The notes beneath the pieces are model-generated. The model was not told the DNA's origin and ran no database searches. It saw only the letters and a list, made by a program, of their open reading frames with translations. From contig CM074511.1 in NCBI GenBank assembly GCA_037379345.1, forward strand, positions 2,976,001-3,040,000: a stretch of 64,000 bases of DNA, in the 5' to 3' direction. Source of the stretch: Perna viridis (taxonomy: Eukaryota). Within the stretch, counting starts at the first letter, position 1. Each line of letters starts with the position of its first letter. Below, one piece after another: positions 9,701 through 21,735 of the stretch. Position numbers and translations under genes: made by a program.

Positions 9701-10969
9701 GAAGCACTCCTGATCCTCGTTCTGCACGTTGATGATCCCCTTCTTTTTGGCGAGTGCTGATGGGGTCGGTATGAAGGAAGCCCCCTTGAGAGGCTTGAAT
9801 TGGTTGAGGTGGATCTCAAGCTTCTCAACGTGTCCGAAAGTCCATCCGCTCCCTTCCCGCATGTATTTAGCCATATTTTCCTTGATCTTCTCCATCATGA
9901 ACGCAATCTCCAGATCGAGATCTGCGGATTCGAAGAGGGTAATAAGGCCCGATCTGAAGTAGGGGGTGATGTTGGTATTTTCTCCGGTCGCGGGGTTGGT
10001 CTTTACCAGCTCTGCTAGAAGCACTAAGTGGACCTTCAATCCCTTCTTTTCGGTGAGAGCATCAGAGATGGTGGTGGAGATTGTGCTTCGACTTACCTTG
10101 AGAAACGTAGCTACGTCATGCGATTTCAAGGGTTCGATGACGACTGTGCCAAATACACCATTCAGTGCCTGACGCCTATCGGTGATCTTGATCTCCTCTT
10201 CGACTGGGGCGCTTCTGATGCTCTCTTCCACCTGCTGGAGTAGATCCTCTCTCTTGAGCCGGGAGTACCTGGTGAGCCCGCGATTCTTGGCGAGTGCTTT
10301 CAGCTGCTTCTTGCTGAAGACTTCCCTACGGGTAAATTTACGGGCGGTTTTCTCCTCGATGAGCTTCACCAAGGCCTCCTTGTTCTTCCTACTGAATCCC
10401 CTCAGACCCTCATCCTTAGCTATTTGACGGAGGGTCTTCATGGTCTCTTTGACCACCATCTTCCCCTCAACTGGGATGACCTCATCCTCCTGCTGGCGTG
10501 GTTGCTTGCTATGCATCCAGCAGCGACCACCCATCCCGGGCTTGCTCTTGCAGAACTGCCCCTTCTTCCTTTTCAGTGGATAATCGCAGGTGGTCTTCTG
10601 CTCCCCATCTGATTGATGCTCAAATCGCGGCTTGGCGGACTGCGCACCGCAATTTTGACACATATGGGTATGCTCATCCATCTGCGCCATGCTAGGGTTA
10701 TCGCAGCACTGCTGCTGCTTTTGGGGGATTGGGGTTGGAATGGTATCCTCCAAATCTTCTTGATTCTTCAGAAATAAATCCTGTAAGCGATCCATATTTT
10801 CACTATTGGATGCCGTCCCTTTATTTATTTCAATCTGTGACGCACTTCTCTTAAAGGTGTCCTTATTCACATCCCCACTATCCTCTGGGGCGACCTGACT
10901 TATGCTCTGTGCGAAAGACATAATTCTTGTATTTACCCTATGCTCAATAGGGATGCCGTCCGTTTGCAT
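6789..10969 (-). pseudogene. polB: Protein-primed family B DNA polymerase (pPolB2 type with endonuclease VII insert); in-frame stop and frameshift
   Basis: Motifs YADFEC, CHICG...VRDHDHLTGKYRGAAHNQCNL (EndoVII), HNLSGYDAH, RKGVYPYDY, YLDANNLYG (just after TAA 8027-8029), KLMNNSVFGK, FTDTDS and KAKGV. After a 1-bp deletion near 6963 the tail reads KIALSAKDELRHILPDGISTLAHGHY. Likely start is ATG 10795. Confidence 0.95.
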
Positions 10970-11030
10970 TTGACCGTCGGGGTTGGGGATTTTATGCAGG
11001 ATTTCTGCATGTGGGGCAGAATTGTCATTT

Positions 11031-11046
11031 TCACACTACTAGCGTG
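11031..11046. other. Right terminus of Polinton (ACTACT-3') and candidate 6-bp target-site duplication AGCGTG
   Basis: TCACACTACT|AGCGTG coincides with the GC-to-AT transition. The partner end is not in the window. Confidence 0.7.
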
Positions 11047-13938
11047 TAAATATGAATTGTTTTATACATTGTCTGATAACGATAAATTTATTTATATTTT
11101 TAATTGTCAATTAGCTGCTAAAGCCTGCTAAAAAATGTTATGTAGGAGGACTAGTTTTTTATATAAATAGTTAACTTTTATAAATGTGCTGTATATTTCT
11201 TCTTGTATTTTATTTCGCATTTGTACATATGTGAATATATCTTAATAGTCTCTCATAATTCTTAATAGAATGGTACTTGTCTACTGCTTTTCATTCCTTT
11301 TATTGTTGACTTTTAAGCCTAAGTATAAATTATGGTTTTTTATATGTTGTACAAGTGGTGAAACTGTAATTAAAAATTGAATCTGAAAATCTGTAAATCA
11401 AAGTTTTTCCCAGAATGTCAAACAATGTTATAACTGTATTGAATATTTTACTTTAATTTTGAAAGACTAAAGTTTTTACAACAATCTTTTCCCACGTGTT
11501 TTATTCTTTTGTTCAATTCATGCAACACTTTATTCTTTGTTTGCACACCAATATCCCCTTCGTCCATATGTCAGACATATTTAATAATAGAAAAAAACAA
11601 AGGTGTCAATTCGGGAGACCAACTTGAAAATCTTATAAAAACAATCAAATTTTAATGGTGATTGGCTAAAATGATAAAAATTCTTATTTTCAATAAATAT
11701 TACATATTGTTTGTTAAATAACTAGTTTTTTCTTTTTAGAAATTATGGGAATAAACCTATTTTTTTCATTAGACTTTCTGGGCACAATTTCATTAACCAT
11801 TCTTGAATTAGACATTTTGTGAATATTCAAGGCTAGCATACATCACGGTCTACTTATTTTCCGATATATTTTTGAAAACGATACGGCAGTCGAATAAAAA
11901 TCGAAGACATATGTATTTATAGCCATTTTTGGTTTGGACTTCTTTGGTCTTCATTTCTACCATGAAAATCGCAATACGCTATTTTCAGCCATAGAAATCC
12001 AAAACCCGAAATATATGTTATGGAAACAACTTAAACGCATCATATTATTGATATTTTACACAAAGTAAAATAAATCTATATTTATAGCAAAATTTAAGTT
12101 TGGTCTTTTTGGTCTTCATTTCTACATTTTGGTCTTCATTGTGCGATATGATGTTTTCAGCCATAAGAACCCCAAACTCGAAATTAATGTTGCGGAAACA
12201 ACTTAAATGCATCATATCAGTAATATTTTACACAATAAAGTTAAAAATAAAACGTATGTTTATAGCTAATTTCAGGTTTAGTCTTCTTTGGACTATTTCA
12301 ACCCACCGCATTCTTTTGATTTCCGCTAGAATCTTGGTTCCCTTGATTAAAACATTTTGATTTTTTTTTCAAAATATTCTGATAACGTTTTTGAAACATT
12401 TTACTCTTTAAGTTTATAAAAAAAATGTTTGACTCTTTATTGAAATGTTTTTGAAATGTTGCATCGATAATATAAGTTAAGTACTACAACTTGATCGTGA
12501 ATGGAGGATGTTAAGGATTGTGAAACAATTTTTATCGAAGGGTCAAATGGAAGGTCAGTAGTACTTTACCTAATAATATTTGATACGAAGCTATGTTATT
12601 GGAAAAAAAGAAGACTTTTCCATGAAAGTCAACATCAGAAGCCGAACAATTTTCACACGCTGATGGCAGGTGGGATTCCTGCATGTATTTTTTTTTTAAA
12701 TGTTAATAAATCTCATGTATTTTGAAATTAAACGAAATATTTATTATTTTGGTTATCAGCAATATATATGTTCATTTACACTGTAAAGTCAGCCTCGTAT
12801 CTTGGCCTACACTTATAGATCGACGGAAAAGGAAACCTATTCACCAAACTATACGACAAAGGTTACGACTATTCATTCCGTACTGTCCTTTCCTTTGTAA
12901 CTTTCCTTTCATCTGTGGCAACATACCTTCAGCACGTGCGTACGGAGTTTTCATATCACACATGCCAGAGCTTGCAGACTTTCTGTACCACACTAGACTT
13001 CTTACAATTAGGGTTCTGGAGCAATGTTATGTTGCTACAAGATTGGAGTCATCACTACAGAAGTTTTAGGTTGTCACCATGAACTCAAGGATCGTTATGA
13101 TTTATCCTTATGTTCTAGTTCGCCTGGCTCAATGATTTATCCTTATGTTCTAGTTCGCCTGGCTCAACCGAACATAAATTATTTAAACAATAATAACTAG
13201 ACACTTATAGAAATGAGCTCTCCTAGCCAGAGTAGCACACTTTTATTTTGCAAAAAAAAAAAAAAAAAATATTTCAATAGTCTCGTCGCCGAGACCAAAA
13301 TAGTTCAGATTCTATACAGTCCTTCTTTAACTCAGAAATTCCTACAAACACCACTAACTGCCTGTCCAAACACTGACTTTCCAGACATCAAAAACAGCAT
13401 TAATAATACACATTCTACAAAACATAACATAAAATTTAATTTCTGATAAACGTTATATTTCATAATCGACAGAATTAGATCCTATGTACAAGAGACACCT
13501 TTACAAAATTTTAGATAAGGAATTTTGGTGGTGGGGGTGTGTAACCGGTGTGCTACTAGCCAAAGCTTTGAATGACGAACATCCTTCAAACATCCTTATT
13601 TATACCTTATAATAGAAGATCATGCTTTGCATGAACCCGCCAACAGGGGTGTTAGTTGTTAAAGAAGTATTCATAAATAAAACATATACCTGTTTTACAG
13701 GTATACATGTCAGTACGTACACTTAATTATAGTCATACCTGTAAACATGTTTATGATTTGTAGACATTAACACGTGTTAACCTGTGTGCGTTAACCGTAA
13801 CATTTATAAATATATTTATGTTCTAGTTCGCCTGGCTCAAGCGAACATAAATTATTTAAACAATTAAAACTAGACACTTATAGAAATGAGCTCTCCTAGC
13901 AAGAGTAGCACACTTTCGATGAGACCAAGTAAGACAGT

Positions 13939-14923
13939 TTAAATGCCTATGTTCTGAGTAACTGAAAGTTTTTCACCAAGGTTTTCATGTACATATCCAT
14001 CTTTGGCTGTGTCGGACGCCCATCTACCGTGTTTTTTAAACAGTCTGTCACTAATTTCAGCCGTGGCTGCTGCTGTCGTACCCCCTGCTCGAAATGAATG
14101 AAGACCAAATCTAGACTTATCCAGCCCTAAAGACTGTAATGCATTTAAGAACAGTTCTCTTGCTCTAGTGCATGATAAAAGTCAATTTCCTCTTAAACTA
14201 TACAATTGAGAACTTTTACGAAAAGTTAAAGATCTAAAAATAAATTCGTCTGCCATACTTATGCTAGCTTTACATATATACCTTTCCAACAGTTTTACCG
14301 GACAAGTTATAGTATTTGTTCTAGATAAAAGTACAGATGAACCTTCTCGTTTTTGATCAGTCTTACTTTTTTCAATATATAACGAAGCATGAGTAGGATG
14401 GAACTGGATATCTGATTTTCTTATATTGACTAGTTCTGAGAAACGTAGAAAACCTGCGTAACAAACAAGACACATACACGCTAACCTTAAATCGCTCAAG
14501 TTACTAAGATCATGAGCATATCTAAAAAATTTTTGTAATATATCAACAGTTATATGTTTTTTTTTATGTATTATACTATGACCTACAATTCTGCTTGATC
14601 CGTCTTTTACAGAATTGCATAAGAATGAATCACATGGATTTTTATGATTTGATATTTTGTGCACCCAGCTTATGGAATAGAAAAGCTTCTACTTTAGACG
14701 TAGAATTAACATTTTTGCTCAAATAATTAAGATACAAAGCTACAATAAGCTGGGTAGCAGGTAAGGGGTTTAATCCATTTGAACTACACCATTTACAAAA
14801 ACTATCAAATGCGTCCCTATATTTCTTTCTAGTGTTGTCAGCCCTTGACTTCATACAAAATTCTGGAATTTCTTCTGCCAAAAGTCTCAGGTTAGAATTC
14901 AAAACATCAGCACCCCTATCCAT
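13939..14923 (-). pseudogene. Tyrosine recombinase of the DIRS element
   Basis: SRADNTRKKY, GFLRFSEL, EKSKTDQ, GLHSFRAGG and KHGRWASDTAKDGY across several frameshifts. Confidence 0.85.
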
Positions 14924-15099
14924 CGTGTGTTGTTGAAGATGTCTGAAAATCGTAAAAATATAATATAAATTTTATTTATATTGCAATTTTGAAAAAAAAA
15001 TAATGTAAAACATCAAATTCTGACCATGCATTTTTTCAATGCCTCGTCATAATCACACTACAAAACAGACAGTGGAAAACAGTTATCCACTTCTTATTA

Positions 15100-17000
15100 G
15101 GCTTTCAACTTTATAGCCAATATCTTTGATGTAAAATTTTCTGTCCCGAATATGACATTTTTATTGTTTCCTTGAAATTAAAATATTTTGACCAGTGTTA
15201 AATTCGAAAACTTCTTCTACAAAAAAACTTATTTCATATCTCTTCCAAAAATCATTGTCCAAAATGATGAAGGCCAATTCGGTACAATTAATGTTCCCGA
15301 TGCTTTACTTGTGATCAAATACCTGATGATTTTAGGAATAAGGTGTATAGGGGGCACTAACCAGTTATTATCTCTACTCCAATTTTGAGTAAAAGCATTT
15401 ACTGCTTCACTATCAGGATTCAAAACTTCAGAAGTCTGTGTTTTAGTATTCATGAAATTTGCGAATCTATCTATAGAGTAAGGGCCCCACATTTGATTCA
15501 AAAATAAGAAAAAACTCCCAGGTTGTTTGCCAATCATCGATATCAAATTTGAAATAAAATCTGCTTTGCAATTTTTTGTGATCTGTGCACCCAAACAGGA
15601 ATTAAACTAATCTCCTCTGTAGAGCAAACCTTAAAAAATATCCATTGCCAAGTGTTGTAAAAACACTCTTGTACTACCTTTGTTTATAATTTTCACACAA
15701 TTTTGACTATCTGTATTCCATTTCACAAATTTGTTTCTTAACTCTTTCTTAAACGAATGCAACGCCATTTGGATGGCCCCGAGTTCTCGCCAGGTGGAAC
15801 TCGTTTCTTTCTCGGTTTAATCCCACATGATGAAAAACTTTCTCATTCACTTCGACGGTGTAAGTAGCCGCTGCAACATCGCTAGCATCAGAGAATATTT
15901 TTAAAGTTTCTTTCATAGTTTCATTCATTAAAACTTTTTATCCAGTATAGACAATATTTTTAACCAAAATGTTAGCTTAGAATGTACATTTTCTATGAAA
16001 TCAAACATTAACTTTGAATCCCAAAATGTTCTCTTCTCTATAACTAAATATAGAAATCTTGTCATTAAAGCTGATATATTGCCTAATACAAGTGACATAG
16101 AAATAATTCTCCCTGTAAATTGAGCTAATTCTCGGGCCGTTACCCGTGGGAAGATTTAAAATAAGCTTAAAAAATTCAACTGTATTAACAATTCTACTGT
16201 TGGTAATTGAAGAGAATGCTTTAAAATTCCAAATCAAGCCAAGCCATTCAATACTTTGAACAGGTTCAAAATAGATTTTTCTTAATTTATGAAAGAACCA
16301 GCTTGTTCTAAGGATAATTTAACAAATCTGGACACACTTTCACACTCATTTAGACTGTTGGACACACCTAAACCGTCATCTATGTAGAGAACAATATTTA
16401 CCCCATTGAGTCGCCAATACTTAACTAGCGGTCTCAAACATTTCGTGAAAATAAAAGGGGCTGACGATAGGCCAAAAGCTAGGACGCTATAGCAATAAAA
16501 CTTATCGTTCCACTAAAAACCCAAATATGTCTGCTGTTGTTTACAAATATCAATATGAAAATATCCAGATTTTAAGTCAAATTTAAACATAAAACATTCT
16601 TTTGAAAAGTATTGTAAAGGTACTCTCCAATCTTCAAATTTTACTTTAGATTTTTTGACATAAAAGTTCAATTCACTTAAAGCTAGAATTAACCTTTTTA
16701 ACCTGACTTTTGGATAGCAGCGCTGAAAGGATTAACCACAAAAGGCTGAAATGGAAGTTCATTAATACAACAATTATCTAATAGTCCGGAAATTGTCTGA
16801 GTTACGGAAATCGCTATTTTGTAAGGCTGATCTGTTATTTTCAAAACACATACGTGGAGGTATATCACAAAAAGGTATTAAATAGCCATATTGTAAAATA
16901 TCTAGAATGAATTTGCTTGCACCTGTATGCTTCCAAACATCAATATTTCTAGAAAGTCTAGATTTAATTCCTTTATGATTAGAGGACATATCAATTTTAT
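15100..17000 (-). pseudogene. RT / RNase H / adenine-methyltransferase-like ORF of the DIRS element
   Basis: FDLKSGYFH, VLAFGLSSAPFIFTKCLRPLV, LYIDDG, FSDAS, SSTWRELGAI, then IDRFA...FTQNWSRDNNWLVPP. Confidence 0.85.
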
Positions 17001-17065
17001 CAAAATATTTCACATGTTCAAAAAGAACACCCATATCGGATTGGTCTGAATTCAAGTCAGAATAC

Positions 17066-17825
17066 TTATCTTTTACACCAATTTTGTGGGTTTGCTGCTG
17101 GCTTGTTCTTGGGGCAGTTAATCTTCCAATGCCCGTAGTTTCGGCAGTCAAAACACTGGTCATAAGGGGTCGCCTCCCGGCGACGGTTCCTCGGAAAGGG
17201 CTGATGATTACAGTTGTACTGAGGAATGTCATCAGTAGGAGGCCTAGAAACGGTAGCTGTAGGTCTGTTATACGGTTTGGAACGATTCTTCTTGTCCTTA
17301 ATTGAACGCATAGCCCTGCTTTCAGCTTGTCGCAAACGTTTCTCATCCTCTGAGTTTGATGCTAAGTCGTCGCTTTCGTATTCTCTTACTGTTTTCCAAC
17401 CCGCGGGTGACTTATCAGCTATGCGAATCAGTTTATTTCTCTAATTAATTTTTCAGAAACAATCCCGAAATGATATTGGAAGCAGCGAAATTTCCCGTCT
17501 GAATATGCCTTAACAGCTTCTGTAATTCGGCGAGTATATCCGAGTTAAAGTTGAACTGGATTTGATTTTCCTCTCCCTTGAATCTTACAGAAACTTCTTT
17601 CTTTAACTTTTACGCCAACGAGTCGTTGCCCAGTAATAGATCGTTCCTAAGAACTGAAAACTTACTGTCAAAATCAGAAGTCAGCAACTGAAACGATTCA
17701 TCATTCTGTGAGATAACAGCTTGTTGTACCTGTGCAGAGTGAGTTAGATTGTGTTGTGCGGTATCAGCTGGGTTTTCTAGTAGTAAGCTATCTTCATCCT
17801 CTATTTGTTCGCGACGTTCGGACAT
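17066..17825 (-). pseudogene. gag-like ORF of the DIRS element
   Basis: IRIADKSPAGWKTVREYESDDLASNSEDEKRLRQAE and a CCHC knuckle CFDCRNYGHWKINC. Confidence 0.8.
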
Positions 17826-18134
17826 AGTGTAACCGGTGTGCTACTAGGCAAAGCTTCGAATGACGAACATCCTTCAAACATCCTTATTTATACCCTTATA
17901 ATGGAAGATCATGCTTTGCATGAACCCGCCAACAGGGGTGTTAGTCGTTAAAGAAGTATTCATAAATAAAACATATATCCGTTTTACAGGTATACATATC
18001 AGTACGTCACATTAACACGTGTTCACCTGTGTGCGTTTACCGTAACTTATATGAATATCCGACTTTTCTCGACGGGTGTTTCTAGAAAAGCAGAGGACGT
18101 TTACTCCACAGGTGCACCTGGTCCATGCTCTTAT

Positions 18135-18713
18135 TTTTTTATACGCCCGTCTAAGACGGGACGTATTATGGTATACCATTGTCCGTCAGTGCGTCTGTCG
18201 TCAACACTTCGGACAATAACTCAAAAATGCTTTTATCAACTTCATGAAACTTTGGCGAATTGTTCATATCTATTGTCGTAAACTCCTTTTCGATTTTTAT
18301 ATATTTCAGATTTTTCCTTTCCCTGTTATGATTTTTTTATACTTAAAAAAAGTGTAATTTTCAAGTTTTCGGACAATAACTCGAAAACACTTTCACTAAT
18401 TTTTTTTTGAAATTTTGATGAATTGTTCATATCTATTGAAGTAAGCTCCCTTCCGATTTGTATAAATGTAAAATTTTACGTTTCCGTGTTATGAAGTTTT
18501 ACTTTTTAAAAAACGTCCAAGGAAATTTATTTGTTGAAAACGGATGCATTTTTTGTGCATTTTTCATTTACTTTTTTTTTTTTTTTTTTTTTTTGGGGGG
18601 GGGTATTTGACACGGCTCACGATATTTCTAGTTGATCATATAACTTCATTAAAAGCATAAGGACAAGTTAAAAGGGCAACAGGCGTATCATGCGTTTATA
18701 GCGCAGCTCTTTA
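18135..18713 (+). mobile_element. Non-autonomous helentron-type (HINE/pearl-like) element
   Basis: Starts TTTTATACGCCCGTC-TAA-GACGGGACGTATTATG (subterminal palindrome), has two internal tandem units, and ends with a GGCGTAT...TGCG..CGCA hairpin. Inserted at T-runs inside the Penelope UTR. Confidence 0.65.
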
Positions 18714-20059
18714 TTAGTGGTGTCCGATTTCCTCATTTACTTTTGTTGCTTTGTACGTATTATTTTGGTTATTTTTATTTAATGTTCTTTGTTGTGTGTG
18801 CCTGTTTTCCATGTCTGATCTTTGTCCTTGGATTACATTTTATTGATTTTTACTACAATCTTGGTTCCCTTGATTTTAGACTCTTTCAATTGATGACATA
18901 ATCCCGATGATAATGCCTATACTGGTGTAAGCTAGTTTTAGTTTGATAGATTTATCGCACTCGGAGGGCGGAAAGGAAAACGTTGGTTTTGTTAACTAAA
19001 GCAGTTTTTGCCCAAAATCAATAAGCAGAAATAATAAGAAAGAGAAAAAAACCCTTTAATTGATATAATGATCTTTATGGTCAGCTTTATCGAAGATTAA
19101 ACTGCTTCGAAACAAATCCATGCTTGAGGAATGGCTCTCTTAAGCGAATTCTGCTGTTTTGAATTTCATCTTTAAAACCGTTGAAGCAAGAAAGAAAGTT
19201 TTAAATGTTGATATGATCCTTATGATTAGACCAACAAATGATTCAACTTAGTCATGATAAGTTACGACTCTTGTAAGAAGATACCGACATTAAATATCAC
19301 TATAACAATAAAGTTGAAAAAGATAGCACTTTCCGTATATCCGTTACACCCTTCATTTCGTGCGTTAAAAGCTATGATATCGTTGCTTCTAGCAGATAAT
19401 TTGACTGTATTTTTGGATATAAACCACTAAAATCCCCCAAACTTTTTCACAATGTTAGCCAATCAATTGCACGATATGAGTGATGCTGACCATCAGCTGC
19501 CATCAGCTGACTGTTCCTATACTTGGTTTAATTGTTGTTTTCGTGTTAACATATATACTCAATTCTGTTAGACCCGGTTTGCATTCATATGTGGTATTTG
19601 TAATACATGTCGGACTGAGGAGTTTCTTAAAGCCCTTGGCTATCATTATGGGCCATGGTGTATTCGGGGGGGGGGGGGCGGGGGGGGAGGATATTAGTTG
19701 TCATGTGACCATGTTCATTCATCAAATTCATTAAATGCAATTACGTGATTTAATGTCGATCCGTGACCTAGTGATCCAATTTGTGATCTGCACGCTATGG
19801 AAGCTTCCATAGGAACAGTTTAGGTAGGGCAAATGTAAAAAGACCATATAGATTTTAATTGTTAGCAAATTACACTTCCTAATTTGGTCCTAAGGAAGAG
19901 TAATTGACAGGCTTTTTAGGTAATTGAAAATGGAGCATGTCCAAACCCCGAATCTGCCTATATATATATATACAAACATCTCGGAATGTGACGACTCTAT
20001 TCGCTACACTGCTCCATCGGATCAAATTGATACAGGGTAGATATGTAAACGTATAGAAA

Positions 20060-20226
20060 GGTCTGAAAAATTCCCAACGATGTTAGAACTGTCAAATTAT
20101 CGCAAATTTTTGGTTGTTCCCTCCGTGGGACTCGAACTGCTGTGGCATCTATGGCAACACCGCCTGCACAAAGTCCAGCGCCCAAGACCACTCGGCCAGC
20201 TAGGCTATATAAAAATATAGCTTTAG
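20060..20226 (-). mobile_element. tRNA-derived SINE
   Basis: Minus-strand A box TGGCCGAGTGG and B box GTTCGAGTCC. A second copy lies at 38745-38906. Confidence 0.65.
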
Positions 20227-21151
20227 CTGGCCGGGTCATTCCTCCTCGTAGGATTAATCTAGGGCTGTAACTTAGTACACGATGTATGGTAGTACGGGAC
20301 AGTTCATTTAGATGTTATTATGTAGGATATAATATAATCGTATCACCGCAAAAAAAATTGCGATCGTACATGTATATTGGTATGGTGCTGACGGCGTCAT
20401 TGTCGGAGGCGTCCGTGTCGTCGCCGTTCATATACATTTTATTTTCGGTTGATCAATTGTTATGAAATTTTGATATGATTTTACTACCTACTAAAGGAAG
20501 GACCATCTATTGCTATTTAATTTGGAGTTGATGGCCCCAACCATTTTAAAATACGGGCGATCCATGTAACTTTCAGATACGACACTGTCGGTTTCTGTTA
20601 ATCTAAATAAAAAACTGACAATCCAGAATTAAATCAACAAATTTTACCAGGTTAACCTACATAAAGTGAAATTGTCAAATCTTAGCATGACATAGCATGT
20701 ACAACACAATCATGCAAGTACACCTTCAAGAAAGAAGCATTGTAATATGGATATGACTTGTCTTACGAATATGGCAAGCCATTGTGGAATTTATTCCCTA
20801 TTTATTGATATCAGTAGATATTTAGTAACATATGTTCATGGATATTTATCAACATGTGTATAATTCAATTATTGATTTCAATAAATGGAGGAGTTTTTCT
20901 ATGCAATGCAAACACATTCAAGACAAAACGTATGTTCAAATTTGCTCTTCGGGCAATACAAGTCTGTGTCCACACTTGTTAAAAAGTAAAAAAAAAGCCA
21001 GTTATGCAGTTTTGGGCTTATATTTAACGGACTATAGGATTCTATAGCTGGTATATTTTTAATTCTGATACCAAATGTTCATAAACCAAAGACAAATCAA
21101 GTATTAAACAATAGACTATATATCATGTCACTAAAAACATGATCATCAGTC

Positions 21152-21735
21152 TTACAAACAAGAACACGTTTTTATCGTCATATTTGGTACCAATTTCACT
21201 TGTGTGCTATGATTTCTATCCATGTACAAAATTTTCAATGGACTTAATTCGGCTGGTACACAACATGCTCTTGGTACTGTTTCATCGCTGTTTCTATTCA
21301 GATGATAATAATTCTTTACCATGGAATAGTTGGTCGAATTGTAATATGGATGATTGATTATAGCGGGGCATAAGCCTTCACAGATATTGGCTGCGTACGA
21401 TGATGGAATGACTATAAATGAAAGACCAATTTCACGAAAAGTAACATTCCAAGGCTTTACACCACAGTTGGCGGTATTAAAGATGCCCGCCTCAATCTCC
21501 GGCAATATGTCGGAACGTGACCTCTTTTGCCTACCCGATTCTTCTATCACACTTTCCAACATTGATACCTCACTCTGTGTAAAGCTTTTGAAGACAGCCA
21601 TTATCGTCTTAATCCTGAAGGGTTTTCTACTTAACTCTGATAAGTCAACCATAAACATTTCAGTTTTGGAATTCTCCCTGGTACACCTTGTAATGTCGGA
21701 AACAAATCCAAAAGGCGTGTACATTGTTCTTATTT
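21152..21735 (-). CDS. TGF-beta superfamily ligand, last exon (prodomain end, RQKR furin site, 7-cysteine mature domain)
   Basis: Acceptor TTTTTTTATAG at 21736-21737 (phase 1). Reads RQKR then C...CEGLC...CCVP...CSCL*, a cystine-knot pattern. Confidence 0.92.

Larger units (their letters stand above)
1..11040. mobile_element. Endogenous Polinton/Maverick (group 2, beta-adintovirus-like); right part only, left end outside window
   Basis: Penton, major capsid, A32/FtsK ATPase, PLA2-integrase and protein-primed PolB genes in a GC/CpG-rich block. It ends abruptly at ...TCACACTACT (11040), whose reverse complement AGTAGTGTG is a Polinton-type terminus; AT-rich host DNA follows. Confidence 0.95.
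13108..18050 (-). mobile_element. PAT-like DIRS (tyrosine recombinase) retrotransposon, degenerate, with split direct repeats
   Basis: gag, RT, RNase H, methyltransferase-like and YR remnants. Repeat A at 17828-18050 and 13540-13810; repeat B at 13817-13916 and 13143-13245. Order on the minus strand is A1-ORFs-B1-A2-(spacer)-B2. Confidence 0.9.
12790..18875 (+). mobile_element. Penelope-like (Naiad-type) 3' fragment interrupted by the DIRS element and a helentron-type element
   Basis: RT thumb remnant (NFPFICGNIPSARAYGVFIS...RLESSLQKF) at 12790-13105. The 3' UTR resumes at ~18050-18134 and again at ~18714-18875. Confidence 0.75.

Noticed and set aside
10796-10969. Extended pPolB N-terminus from ATG 10969
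   Set aside because: It probably lies in the terminal non-coding region; the recurring start motif points to ~10795-10816.
10960-11030. Adenovirus-like Oct-1/NFI origin sites in the terminal region
   Set aside because: Only a mismatched octamer (GTTTGCAT) and a 6-bp palindrome are present, which is not distinguishable from chance.
20130-20210. Possible tRNA gene
   Set aside because: It has A/B boxes but no convincing cloverleaf, and it is followed by a body shared with a second decayed copy, so it is a SINE head.
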